A stretch of 64,000 nt of DNA, taken from the IMG/VR virus record IMGVR_UViG_3300028886_000058, positions 32,001-96,000 of that record. One strand, given 5' to 3'. The notes below the pieces were generated by a model. It was given only the letters and a program-made list of their open reading frames with translations, had not been told where the DNA came from and made no database searches. This document shows positions 19,264 to 29,239 of this stretch, piece by piece. This DNA comes from a virus (lineage: Duplodnaviria; Caudoviricetes). The position numbers and the translations under genes were made by a program. Numbering within the stretch: the first letter of the stretch is position 1; each line of letters opens with the position of its first letter.

Positions 19264-19293
19264 ATTGTTTCCCCAGTTAATGCCGTTTATAGC

Positions 19294-19605
19294 TTACACT
19301 CCTTTGTACATCGAGATAGCAGCTTTAGCTTCTGCCGCTTTGTCTATATGTCTCCTATGTAAAATATCGTATACCATTTTCATGGCTTCAGAAGGTTCAC
19401 CGTTTTTACGTTTATAATCTTCAATAATTGATACAACTTGAGAATGCAGAGTCATCATGTGCTTCATCTCTTCATCGGCTAAACGGCTGAACATGTCTGC
19501 TAAAGCTACGTTTTCTTCTTTATAAGCTAAAGCACATTTAGCATATTTCATTGCGTCTGCAATTTCTTCATCGATCATAGAGGATAATTTCTCAATAATT
19601 TGCAT
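19294..19605 (-). CDS. Ferritin-like helical protein
   Basis: EE..DA.KY and L..EE..H (ExxH) motifs typical of ferritin/rubrerythrin-like folds. RBS AAGGAG. Confidence 0.55.
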   Translation of the reverse strand: MQIIEKLSSMIDEEIADAMKYAKCALAYKEENVALADMFSRLADEEMKHMMTLHSQVVSIIEDYKRKNGEPSEAMKMVYDILHRRHIDKAAEAKAAISMYKGV

Positions 19606-19624
19606 GGGAAAGTCTCCTTTCAGA

Positions 19625-19726
19625 TTATTCTTCCAACGCCTTCCTTACTTGTTCACGCCATTTTTCAGGAACATCATTGAGGCTCATTTTGCCTTCTCTA
19701 ATTCTTTTAACATATATCTTAACCAT
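19625..19726 (-). CDS. CD1375/XkdX-like small protein, 33 aa (not in ORF track)
   Basis: MVKIYVKRIREGKMSLNDVPEKWREQVRKALEE. Y...I..G.....DVP..WR..V motif. Confidence 0.7.
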   Translation of the reverse strand: MVKIYVKRIREGKMSLNDVPEKWREQVRKALEE

Positions 19727-19728
19727 AA

Positions 19729-20220
19729 TTAAGCCCCCTTGTTCTCAAGTGCAGCTACACGATCTGCAAGACGATTATAAAAACTCCAAAGACGATTAAG
19801 ACTATCATGCATATTAGTTGCAAGAGCAGATGTACTATCAACAGTTGTTTGCATACTATTTACGGAATCAAGAGCGTCTGCAACAAGATCAGCTATCTCA
19901 ATAATACCGTCTATACATTCATCAATGTTTCCTTGAAGGACTTGTTCTGTCCCATCATTAATAACACTCATACGAAACACAGTAGTAACGGTACGATTCT
20001 CAATATTTGTTTCTGCGATAGAAACAACGCATGCATTATACCATTTCATTTTTTCAACATCGTTATCGTCATATTCAATAATTTCATTGCCTTCTCCAAA
20101 CTCATCAAGAAGCTCTGCAAGAGATGCATTAGTCATTATATCAAGAGTTCCAGTTCCATTAATTGGATCAAATCTCCAATCAACATTGTTAAATATAGTA
20201 TCATTGATTTTTATTTTCAT
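19729..20220 (-). CDS. Hypothetical tail-associated protein with C-terminal coiled coil
   Basis: 163 aa, RBS GGAGG, directly upstream of the CD1375-like gene. Confidence 0.6.
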   Translation of the reverse strand: MKIKINDTIFNNVDWRFDPINGTGTLDIMTNASLAELLDEFGEGNEIIEYDDNDVEKMKWYNACVVSIAETNIENRTVTTVFRMSVINDGTEQVLQGNIDECIDGIIEIADLVADALDSVNSMQTTVDSTSALATNMHDSLNRLWSFYNRLADRVAALENKGA

Positions 20221-20238
20221 ATATTTCCCTCCATTTCA

Positions 20239-20892
20239 TCATGCGGTTCTTTGCCATGTATATACAGCAAGATAAGGCGGAAGCGTATCAATAGTTGTCT
20301 GACCACTTATTGTAAAAGGATGATCGTGTGCAAGTCCGTCACCACTTACACCAGTAGTGTCGTTACTCTTGCCAGAACTTCCGGATAAAGTATGTGTATG
20401 TTCACCTTTATAGCCAATGCCGTTGAGATCGTCGTCTGGACCACCAGTATTTACCCCAGAATCAGATTTAATGTATGCCTTGCGTAAATTTATACAATTT
20501 GTAGAAGCGCTATTAAGACCAACTTCTGCCTTAATTTCATGTTGATGACTACCGTTGGTAGATGTACTAAGTGCCTCATTACTTTCATGAGTATGATAAT
20601 ATATATTATGCGCATGACTTGGTATTTCTTCTATTTTTAATCTATGCCCGTCAACAACACCTGTAATGGAATAATTTTTGCTTGCAGATCCGGTTGACTC
20701 ATTGATTGTTAAAGTGCTTCCAGCAGCAGCAATGAATTTATCTTGTATTTGACTCCATTGTGTGTTTTTAAACAAAGTACTTGGATTTATATTTTCCACA
20801 CTCATGTAAATCGATCCAATTGGATAGATTAAGTTTACTATATATTCTTCTGGAAAATCTCTATAAAAAGTGTTTGTAGCCACATTATTCAC
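20239..20892 (-). CDS. Gp10/collar-like short fibre protein, copy 3
   Basis: YPIGSIYMS..NP..LF...W, HxH motifs, LPPYLAVY.W.R. Confidence 0.75.
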   Translation of the reverse strand: MNNVATNTFYRDFPEEYIVNLIYPIGSIYMSVENINPSTLFKNTQWSQIQDKFIAAAGSTLTINESTGSASKNYSITGVVDGHRLKIEEIPSHAHNIYYHTHESNEALSTSTNGSHQHEIKAEVGLNSASTNCINLRKAYIKSDSGVNTGGPDDDLNGIGYKGEHTHTLSGSSGKSNDTTGVSGDGLAHDHPFTISGQTTIDTLPPYLAVYTWQRTA

Positions 20893-20899
20893 CTCCAGA

Positions 20900-21535
20900 T
20901 TACTCTATGCGTTTCCACACATTCACAGCTAAATAAGGTGGAAGTGTATCTATAGAAATAGTAGAGCCAATAAAATCATGATTATGCGATTGACCCTCGC
21001 CTGTACTGTCTGTGTTTACATCAGAAATTTGTTCATTTACAAGACCAGAAATTTTAGCATAACCTGTTGTCCCTGTAACTGTATGAGAATGGCTGCCGCT
21101 TGAAAGAATAGATGTTCCTTCGTGCGAACCAGAACTTGCGTGTCTTGCCGCCCAAAATGTAACGCCAGACCCTGACGAATAATATCCATACCATGTGTGA
21201 ATATGAGTAGATGTATTTTGATCAATAGTATATGATCCTTTATCGTGAAGATGCTGTCCAAGATCGTGTTCATGACTCGGCATTTCTTCTTCTCTAAGAG
21301 TATAATTTCCAACTGTTCCAGCAGGTGTATATTCTTTAGAAAAAACACCTCCGCTATTTATATATGTATTGCCAGCACCAACTAAAAACGTATCTGTTAT
21401 CTGTTGCCACCTTGTTCCCTCAAAAAGATTTGAAGGGTTTACGTTTCCGACATTCATATAAATAGAACCAATAGGATGAAGCAGATCAATTAAGTTCTGC
21501 TTTGTTAATTTATCTTCAAATACAGTACTTGACAT
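20900..21535 (-). CDS. Gp10/collar-like short fibre protein, copy 2
   Basis: HPIGSIYM..NP..LF...W, MPSHEH, HxH motifs, LPPYLAV.VWKR. Confidence 0.75.
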   Translation of the reverse strand: MSSTVFEDKLTKQNLIDLLHPIGSIYMNVGNVNPSNLFEGTRWQQITDTFLVGAGNTYINSGGVFSKEYTPAGTVGNYTLREEEMPSHEHDLGQHLHDKGSYTIDQNTSTHIHTWYGYYSSGSGVTFWAARHASSGSHEGTSILSSGSHSHTVTGTTGYAKISGLVNEQISDVNTDSTGEGQSHNHDFIGSTISIDTLPPYLAVNVWKRIE

Positions 21536-21550
21536 ATATCTGCTCCTTTC

Positions 21551-22183
21551 TTATCTTGTACGTCTCCACATATAAACAGGTAAGTATGGTGGCAAAACAT
21601 TTACTGTTTCAGTTATGCCTGTAAAAGGATGTGCATGAGAATTTCCTTGCCCATATGAACCTGTATTTCCATCTGCTTGTTTCACCGTATAATTATCATT
21701 TAATGTATGACTATGTAAACCAGAAGCAGCCATACCATCATCATTTGGTACTTTCCAGCCGCCACCACCACTTGCTCTTTTTTGCGTTCTTGCTTCGTTA
21801 CCAGATCCGTTTAAACTTGCAGTTGCATTACCTTTTGTATCGTGCGTATGGCTACCAGTTGCATTTGTCTTTAAGGTTCCTGCACCATGCGAGTGTTCAT
21901 TTAAAAGATGTGAATGGCTTGGAATTTGTTCTGTTGACAAATAAGTTCCTTCAACTGTACCAGAAGGAGTTATATCTACTGTTGCGCTACCACCCGTAGT
22001 TCCACCTTCATATGTTTGACCAGCTGCAATCAAAAACCTATCTTGTAATTGAACCCACTCTGTATTAATGAATATTGTTTCCGGATTAACGTTGCTTACG
22101 CTCATATATATAGAACCAACAGGATAAGCAATGTTAGTAATTATAGATCTGTTTATTGGGCGCTCAAATATACGTACTCCCAT
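21551..22183 (-). CDS. Gp10/collar-like short fibre protein, copy 1
   Basis: YPVGSIYMS, IPSHSH, HxH motifs, LPPYLPVYMWRR. Confidence 0.75.
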   Translation of the reverse strand: MGVRIFERPINRSIITNIAYPVGSIYMSVSNVNPETIFINTEWVQLQDRFLIAAGQTYEGGTTGGSATVDITPSGTVEGTYLSTEQIPSHSHLLNEHSHGAGTLKTNATGSHTHDTKGNATASLNGSGNEARTQKRASGGGGWKVPNDDGMAASGLHSHTLNDNYTVKQADGNTGSYGQGNSHAHPFTGITETVNVLPPYLPVYMWRRTR

Positions 22184-22194
22184 TATATATCACC

Positions 22195-23391
22195 TCAAGG
22201 CTCTTCCTGAGGCTCTTCTTGAGATTCCTCTTGAGATTCTTCTTGAGATTCTTCAATTTGCTGGTTCATCAGCAAAACAGATACTGTAGAAGTTCCAATA
22301 ACATCAGAACATGTTAACGTTACTGAATTTAAACCAGTAGTAATAGTAACAGAATCTCTAAAAATTTGAGGAGCGCTATATTCAATTCCGATTGGTTTCA
22401 TGTCGTCTGTTACGCCTTGAATTGTAGTGCTATGAGAATATGATCCGCTTTCATTTGTAACCGTATCTAATGTAACAGAAAATGTTTTATTAGATTCTAT
22501 TTCGGCTTGTAAAGCAGACACAGCATCGTCTAGCTCTTCTTGTAAAGCATCTATAGCAGTTCCAACATCAGTACCAATACTTCCAAAAGAGGATGATATT
22601 TTATCAGCTGACCAAGTTTTATCAGTGTCTCCAGCGCCAGAATTATCATTAATAACATCAGAAATTGCCTCCATCATACCTCTATTATCATCAGCACTTA
22701 CTTTGATATTGTCTGCATAAAGTACTACATCTCCTGTTTGTGTGTTAACAGAAGACACTCTACCTTCACCATCTTGACCTTGATATGTTACAGCATATGT
22801 TTCAACAGTATTCTCATTCCAAGTATAGGTTGTCTTAGCCCAAACATATTTACCTTTTTCTGGAGTCGGAGTAGAAGTCCATGTTCCTCCTATAGGGTGA
22901 TTACTTCCATCAGTACTTGTTTGATAAGTTGTGACAGCTCCGGTCAATGCTTGATTAAAAGACGCAATTTCTTCTGCTGTTAACTCTAAATAATATTTGG
23001 AATTATTATGATACGCAGGATCAGTTGATTCGACATCAATCCCAGAACGCTTACCATTAGCCCAAGACTCTGAGTCTTTGGAGCTGTTTAAAGAGTTTTG
23101 AGCATATTGCGCAGATTCATTTTTATAATTGTATGCAGCTTGAGCATTTATAGTTGAATCGACTAATGTGTCTACCCATTCTTCTACTGTTCCTGTATAT
23201 CCATGTGCAACTGCATAAATATAGTCAGATGCATGTCCAAGTTCCTGTATTTCTCCAGTTCTATATTCGGCTTTTAGTTTTCCTGCGTCTTCGCCTTCTT
23301 CTTCAAGCCACACTCTTATTACTCCGCGATATAAGGCTACATCTTCGTTGAACTCAGCTGTAAAATCAAAAGGAGTAGCATCAAAACTCAT
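22195..23391 (-). CDS. Tail fibre/baseplate protein
   Basis: AVAHGYTGTVEEW, SESWANG...YHNNSKYY, YVWAKT, VSSVN..TGDV and WSADK modules. C-terminal (ESQE)n repeat. Confidence 0.6.
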   Translation of the reverse strand: MSFDATPFDFTAEFNEDVALYRGVIRVWLEEEGEDAGKLKAEYRTGEIQELGHASDYIYAVAHGYTGTVEEWVDTLVDSTINAQAAYNYKNESAQYAQNSLNSSKDSESWANGKRSGIDVESTDPAYHNNSKYYLELTAEEIASFNQALTGAVTTYQTSTDGSNHPIGGTWTSTPTPEKGKYVWAKTTYTWNENTVETYAVTYQGQDGEGRVSSVNTQTGDVVLYADNIKVSADDNRGMMEAISDVINDNSGAGDTDKTWSADKISSSFGSIGTDVGTAIDALQEELDDAVSALQAEIESNKTFSVTLDTVTNESGSYSHSTTIQGVTDDMKPIGIEYSAPQIFRDSVTITTGLNSVTLTCSDVIGTSTVSVLLMNQQIEESQEESQEESQEEPQEEP

Positions 23392-23960
23392 TATGTTTCA
23401 CCCCCTTCTTGATCGATATATCCGTCAATAATTGTTTGTGTTTCTTCCTCTGTGGCAACTTCATGATCTTCTGCTACATCAGGCATTGTACCGTCAACAA
23501 TATGATCTCCGATATTTGTGTCATAATGTTGTACACCTGTAGAATCTATTATTTCTTTGCTTGCCATTCTTGACTCGTCTTTCATATATACGTTCAACTG
23601 TATGCGATATTTAGACTTTTCTTTAAAGAGTAACGACTCGCCTTGCGATAAAGTAAGCAATACTCTAGTTTTATGTATTTCATCCCAATGCTCATTATTC
23701 CATTGTTCTGCTATTTCAATTTTCTGATTTGATTTGTATAATTTATTTTCGTGCTCACATAATGTACCTTCTGTAATAGGCACCTCTAGAGCAGAATAGT
23801 TTAAAACATAATCTGGAATATATTCTTCGAAATTAGAAGTGATTTTTTTAATAAGAATTACATCATTGTTTTGCTTATAAGTAACAATAACACTATCAAT
23901 TTGATCTGCTACAAATGGAACAGTAAATTGTTGCGCAATAGTTTCTCCTGGATTAAACAC
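23391..23960 (-). CDS. Baseplate-associated protein
   Basis: Follows Tal. VTYKQ and L.LSQ.ESL.F motifs with an inserted aromatic module (KLYKS...WNNEHW). Confidence 0.55.
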   Translation of the reverse strand: MFNPGETIAQQFTVPFVADQIDSVIVTYKQNNDVILIKKITSNFEEYIPDYVLNYSALEVPITEGTLCEHENKLYKSNQKIEIAEQWNNEHWDEIHKTRVLLTLSQGESLLFKEKSKYRIQLNVYMKDESRMASKEIIDSTGVQHYDTNIGDHIVDGTMPDVAEDHEVATEEETQTIIDGYIDQEGGET

Positions 23961-26900
23961 TTAAATCACTCCTTTCTTGTTTTCCAGATATTCTATTCTT
24001 CTACGCAATGATTGAATTTCTTTAAGTAAAACAGGAATTAATTGAGTATAGTCAATTGCCTTATTATTATCGTTTTTTGTGCATATTTCAGGCAACACTT
24101 TTATTGCTTCTTCGTATATTAAACCAAACTTAGTTTCTTCATTTGGGTCGTTATTATACACGAAAGATACAGGGTTAAGATTATCAATAGTTTTCCCTAC
24201 ATCATTTAATGGCTTGATGTTATGTTTTACATCTTTTGATGATGCGCTGTGAACAGTACCATAGAAATGTAAGGGTTGTCCGCTTCCTATTATATTGATA
24301 ACTTGATTAGAAATATCAGCTATAAAATCACAAGAATAATTTTGATTTGTATTATCTGGGCGAATAGACACTTGATAATCTTTACCATTAATTTCTAAAG
24401 CACTAAGTTTTCCGTCTCTTGTTACATAAAAATCTGGTTTTGCGCTAGTGGATAAATCATCTGTATATTCTCCTCCTGCCCAAAACACGATACCTTCTCT
24501 GTTTGCAAACCCAAAAGTACTGTTTGTAATTTCAGTATTGTTTCCGATATGAGTCTCTCCGATTTGCATGTTTGCAATAGAAGATCCTTCTGTAGAAGAT
24601 AATACGCCATCTACAGAGACGTTATGTGCTGTTAATATTCCATCGCTTGTTACATTAAAATTAGTAACGTTATTATCATCCTTTATATCAATTATTCCAC
24701 CATTAATTAATATACTGTCTGTCTTAGCTGTACCATCTTTGTTGATAATAAATTTTCCAGCACCAAGATTAATTCCATTTGTACCAACATAAATACCATT
24801 ATGCGTGGTATCATCAATGCTCATAACGCCATTTCGGATATAAGTGTTTGAAGCATCAGACCCAATATCTAAGTTATTTCCACTTCCAACTGATATTTCA
24901 CCAGGGAGATCAATATTTAATGTTTCATTTCCTAACACTCTTGCGTTACCAGTGTCAGCATCTAAAGTAAATTTTTGACCAGTTATGCTTTTTTGTGCAT
25001 TTTCAAGCTTGGTTTTTAATATCGCACCATCGCTTAAAAATGTTTTTCCGTCATCCATATGGACACTTTCATCGTCGTCGCGATAAATAAAGTCTCCACC
25101 AAAGTTAACACCATCTGTGCCTAAATACACACCAGGTTCTGTGCTTGATAAACTGTCTGTGCCAGCATACATATAGTCTCTCTTAACAATTTCAGGGTTT
25201 TCTTCGTCAACTTCTTGACCCAAAGTAAACCCAGCGATCATAGCACCGGAAGTGTTAATGTTGCCAGAAATAATAACTTCGCCTTGACCGTCTAAATTAA
25301 CTTTTAAATTAGGAGAGTCGAGCTTAAACGTTGCTTCTGCTGTAACATCCAATATGCCTTCTGTGCTAATTGATAAGCTACCTCCGGCTTTAATAGCCAT
25401 GCTACCGCCGGATTCGATATTTAAATTGCCGCCAGACTGAACATTAACTTCTCCGCCAGATTTTACATCAATCTTTCCTGGGTTTTCAGCGTCTCCTGCG
25501 CGAATCTCAATCATGGAGTCGCCGTCTCCTAAAGCCCCAGCTGGTCTGGTACCGTCTGTAGTTGCAAATAAAACCAAAGCTTTATTACTGCTAATTTCAA
25601 GTTCTTCACCAACAGTAGCGTCAATTTTATCAGCAGTAATACTTCCAGTCTCGATTAATTTAGCTGATAATGTTCCTGCCGTTATAGCATCGGCAGAGAT
25701 ACCTTGTCCAGTAGCAATAGTCCTAAACACTGGTTCACCTTGGGCGTCCTTTGTGTCACTTAACATCCAGCCGTCACCAGATAACATCATAGAAGATTTA
25801 CCGTCAGAAGACTCGAACACCATTCTTCCTTTGTCATCTGTGTACCAGTTGGCTGCTCCACCTACCAGTTTGTTTTTACCAGTTTCCAATGAACCTTCAA
25901 GTTTATCTGCTGATAATTTACCAGATCCGCTTAAAGCTGCAGCTCTTTCATAAAGAGTCTGCTTGTTCTTTGTTTCATTAGAAACTTCAGCAATACGAGC
26001 CATAACGTCAGAAAAGTCATGTTGACCAATGAGACTTAAATTAGTGTTTACTTCTATTTTAGTCTGCCATGGTTTGTCATAACATTTCTCAAGTTTGTCT
26101 ATATAAGCCCAGCAGTTTATTTTGATTTCTGGATCTATTAAATGAACAGCATCAGTAACCTCTATATCCGGATATTCAATCTCTTCTATTTTAGTATCAT
26201 CATCCGGTTCTTCGTCTAATTCATGACCTTTTTTAAAGCCAAACGAACTTCCATATTGATCAACAAAAGTAAACGAATAACTTACTTCGGGTTTAGCAAC
26301 CTTCTCAAAGTTATCTAAAGCATCAGCGTAAAGCTTATCTTCGTCTCCTTCGATATACGAGTCATCAGACCAGAAACCTTCTCGAAGCATATCGCCAAGG
26401 AAAATATTTAAGTTATTTGTCTTTTCTTCTATAGCTTGTTGAGCATCTACCATTGCTTGGTATTCTTGCTCATATGCTCTGTCCGAAATTTCTCCGAATT
26501 TCTTTACCAGATTATTTATTCCGATAAGTTCTCCATCATTAGTGATAGGATATAATTTAGTGTATTGCTTATCAGATAAGAACATTTTATCCTGATAGTC
26601 TTTAACTTGGATATAATCTGTATCATAAAACTGTTCAGTACTCATTGCACGAACATATCTTGCATTTGCTGGTGTTGTAATAGTTCCAATACCATTAACA
26701 GGTTCAGAATTAATAAATGTTTTTGTGTTTGTATAGAAAAATAGTTTCGTACTAGAAGAAAAACTATATTTATATAACGTATTTTCGTATACAATAGAAT
26801 GACCAGTAATATAAGCTTCTCCACCTGTAGCAACGCCACTGTCGTCAATTTCTCCACGGTTTACTTTGGAAAAATCAATAATGTTTTCAGTAGGGAAGGT

Positions 26901-29225
26901 TATTGTATCATATGTCCTTGTTGTTGCTGTTGAAACAATGTTAGAAGAAGGAGAATCAACATATACATATCCTTTTATTGTATCTAATGTTAATGTAGTT
27001 CCAGCCGGCAAATCTGCATGAGTTGAAAATACCCAATAAAAGTCATAATCAGAATTAATAGCATAATTCCCTTGATCTAAAGGATTGACTATTTCATAAA
27101 GATATTTTTCGTAATACCCATGGTATGCCATATCTCTAGAGCGACATGAATGGAATACGATATTGGTTCTTGCACCAACACGCTGCTCTTCTAACGATTC
27201 AAGAAGCTTCCATTCCCCGCCTTCTCCATGATAGAACTTTTTCATCTTGCGGTCGTAGAAATATTCATTGTCTACTTCATCAGGAGTTTCTTCTTGAACA
27301 TATAACCTATGCCATTCTGTGTCTCCGCGTTCTGCCCAGCAGAAATAAAGTTCACCATCTTGAATAGTGTGTTTATAATACTTATAAAACCAACCGTAAT
27401 TAGCCAGTTCGACTTCAGGGAATTCTTCTCCAAATAAAATAGGATGGTATATCGTATCATCCTTAACAGCTTCTGAAAGCTTATCAGGCAAAGCATCATC
27501 TGTAGAAATAGCTGTGCCTAATCTTCCAGACATACTATCGGTACAGAACAGATAAAACTTATCATCTTCCGACCAGGTAGGCACTTCGTCTACACTACAC
27601 CAAAGAGTTATCTTCGTTGGCTCATCATCTTGCAAACTATAGTCAAAATCTCCGGGTTCGCCTTCTGAATTTAAATAATAGTTTCCTTCGGAGTCCATAA
27701 TAGCTTTTACATAGAACTTTTCAAAAGTAACAGGTTCTGTGTTGTGTAAAATATATAAAATACTGGCGCTTGAAGGAATTGGCAAACCATTGTCTTTAAT
27801 TTGTTTTGCAACGTGCCATCTGAAATAATTCTTTTTAGCTTCACGATAATCTGAGCGATAAACAACTCCATTATCTCCGACACTATTGTTTATAACAAGC
27901 CGCAGATGTCCATCGTCAGATTCATAGCCGCTTGTAGTCGAAGCTTTAGAAACTGAAAGCTTTAAGAAACCAGTATTTGATTGAGCTAAGTCACTTAACT
28001 CCGTAAGACTGTTTACGAAAGCAGTAGAGTTTTCAATGCTTGTTTTATAATACTTAGGCATTTCCCTTTGATACTTAGCAACTTCCTGAAGATGTTCATC
28101 AGTAAATAAACCAACATCGTCATAATAATCAAAGTTGAAAAGCTCTGGAGTTAAATTGTCTACAAGCTTAACGGTAGGGGAGGGAAGTTCTGTTCCAAGC
28201 TGTGCATCGCATTTGTGATACGCATGACCAGATGTATCATCCCACAAATAAGATCTGGACGTAAAGTCTTTTCTGGACCAAATTAATTTATTACCTTCTG
28301 GCACATCTTGTGTAAGTTTGAAATACTGATTAATGCCGTCGTCATCTTCAAACCAAACAACATCACCATTATTATATCCTTCAGATATAAATTCATATTC
28401 TTTATGTTGGCACGTTTGAATACTGCACATACCTAGATTGGCATCACCATAAGCTCCGTAAGCATAAAACTTGGTTGCCATATTCTCGGTGTTTGTCGTT
28501 CTTGTTAAACTATGAATATTCCTATCGTAATGAAGCTCAATTATATCAGATAAGCCTTCTTTTACTTGATCTGGAATTTGTCCTGCCGGAGTTTTTGAAA
28601 ATGGGTTCATCGGAAGAATGTCTACTTTATGTGTATCTCCGTGATAAATAGCTTTTGCTTCGAATAGATCACACATGTCAGATACCATCTTGAAAGCCCC
28701 AGTTTTCAATGGTGCAGTCAGGCTCCGTACTTTGGTTGACCCATCTTCCTCTTTAAAGTCTGCAACCTCACCTGGTTCCCAGCCACTGCCTTTCAGAATT
28801 GCGTCAAGTAATTGATATGCAGTACCGACATTATTTCCTTCGTCATCTGAAAACTCAAGGTTAAGATTTTTCGTCTTTAACAGTTGGCTGATATGACCAG
28901 CCGTAACTTCAACAGTCTTAGAGAAGTTATTATGGTTTATCTTGTTTTCTGAAATTAAAAACCAGTCAGTTTCATAATCGTCAACCAAACGAATTCGATA
29001 ATCAGCGATCAGATAATTAAGACGATAATTAGGTTCTTCATCATTTTCTCCATAACATACTGATGGGATAGAAAAGTTTATAGTTTTCCATCCGTTACGT
29101 TCATGCGTAACAACTACATTTGTAGCTTGTCCTGAGATATCAGAATTATTGTCATAAAGATTGCATAACACTTTATTAGTATAATCGCATATATCAAGTG
29201 TTAATTTCCTTGTTCGCCCCTTCAA
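23961..29225 (-). CDS. Baseplate hub/tail spike (Tal-like) with C-terminal S74-like chaperone domain
   Basis: Position after Dit. ISADAITAGTL/GSITADKI beta-helix repeats. C-terminal SSKDVKHNI..L...L.PV.F.Y...GLI.EE...IDY..LIP.L...IQ.L. Confidence 0.75.
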   Translation of the reverse strand: MKGRTRKLTLDICDYTNKVLCNLYDNNSDISGQATNVVVTHERNGWKTINFSIPSVCYGENDEEPNYRLNYLIADYRIRLVDDYETDWFLISENKINHNNFSKTVEVTAGHISQLLKTKNLNLEFSDDEGNNVGTAYQLLDAILKGSGWEPGEVADFKEEDGSTKVRSLTAPLKTGAFKMVSDMCDLFEAKAIYHGDTHKVDILPMNPFSKTPAGQIPDQVKEGLSDIIELHYDRNIHSLTRTTNTENMATKFYAYGAYGDANLGMCSIQTCQHKEYEFISEGYNNGDVVWFEDDDGINQYFKLTQDVPEGNKLIWSRKDFTSRSYLWDDTSGHAYHKCDAQLGTELPSPTVKLVDNLTPELFNFDYYDDVGLFTDEHLQEVAKYQREMPKYYKTSIENSTAFVNSLTELSDLAQSNTGFLKLSVSKASTTSGYESDDGHLRLVINNSVGDNGVVYRSDYREAKKNYFRWHVAKQIKDNGLPIPSSASILYILHNTEPVTFEKFYVKAIMDSEGNYYLNSEGEPGDFDYSLQDDEPTKITLWCSVDEVPTWSEDDKFYLFCTDSMSGRLGTAISTDDALPDKLSEAVKDDTIYHPILFGEEFPEVELANYGWFYKYYKHTIQDGELYFCWAERGDTEWHRLYVQEETPDEVDNEYFYDRKMKKFYHGEGGEWKLLESLEEQRVGARTNIVFHSCRSRDMAYHGYYEKYLYEIVNPLDQGNYAINSDYDFYWVFSTHADLPAGTTLTLDTIKGYVYVDSPSSNIVSTATTRTYDTITFPTENIIDFSKVNRGEIDDSGVATGGEAYITGHSIVYENTLYKYSFSSSTKLFFYTNTKTFINSEPVNGIGTITTPANARYVRAMSTEQFYDTDYIQVKDYQDKMFLSDKQYTKLYPITNDGELIGINNLVKKFGEISDRAYEQEYQAMVDAQQAIEEKTNNLNIFLGDMLREGFWSDDSYIEGDEDKLYADALDNFEKVAKPEVSYSFTFVDQYGSSFGFKKGHELDEEPDDDTKIEEIEYPDIEVTDAVHLIDPEIKINCWAYIDKLEKCYDKPWQTKIEVNTNLSLIGQHDFSDVMARIAEVSNETKNKQTLYERAAALSGSGKLSADKLEGSLETGKNKLVGGAANWYTDDKGRMVFESSDGKSSMMLSGDGWMLSDTKDAQGEPVFRTIATGQGISADAITAGTLSAKLIETGSITADKIDATVGEELEISSNKALVLFATTDGTRPAGALGDGDSMIEIRAGDAENPGKIDVKSGGEVNVQSGGNLNIESGGSMAIKAGGSLSISTEGILDVTAEATFKLDSPNLKVNLDGQGEVIISGNINTSGAMIAGFTLGQEVDEENPEIVKRDYMYAGTDSLSSTEPGVYLGTDGVNFGGDFIYRDDDESVHMDDGKTFLSDGAILKTKLENAQKSITGQKFTLDADTGNARVLGNETLNIDLPGEISVGSGNNLDIGSDASNTYIRNGVMSIDDTTHNGIYVGTNGINLGAGKFIINKDGTAKTDSILINGGIIDIKDDNNVTNFNVTSDGILTAHNVSVDGVLSSTEGSSIANMQIGETHIGNNTEITNSTFGFANREGIVFWAGGEYTDDLSTSAKPDFYVTRDGKLSALEINGKDYQVSIRPDNTNQNYSCDFIADISNQVINIIGSGQPLHFYGTVHSASSKDVKHNIKPLNDVGKTIDNLNPVSFVYNNDPNEETKFGLIYEEAIKVLPEICTKNDNNKAIDYTQLIPVLLKEIQSLRRRIEYLENKKGVI

Positions 29226-29239
29226 TCTTATCGCCTCCT

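Noticed and set aside
23-23960. Diversity-generating retroelement acting on fibre tips
   Set aside because: No reverse transcriptase in the window, and the repeated segments do not show adenine-specific differences by eye.
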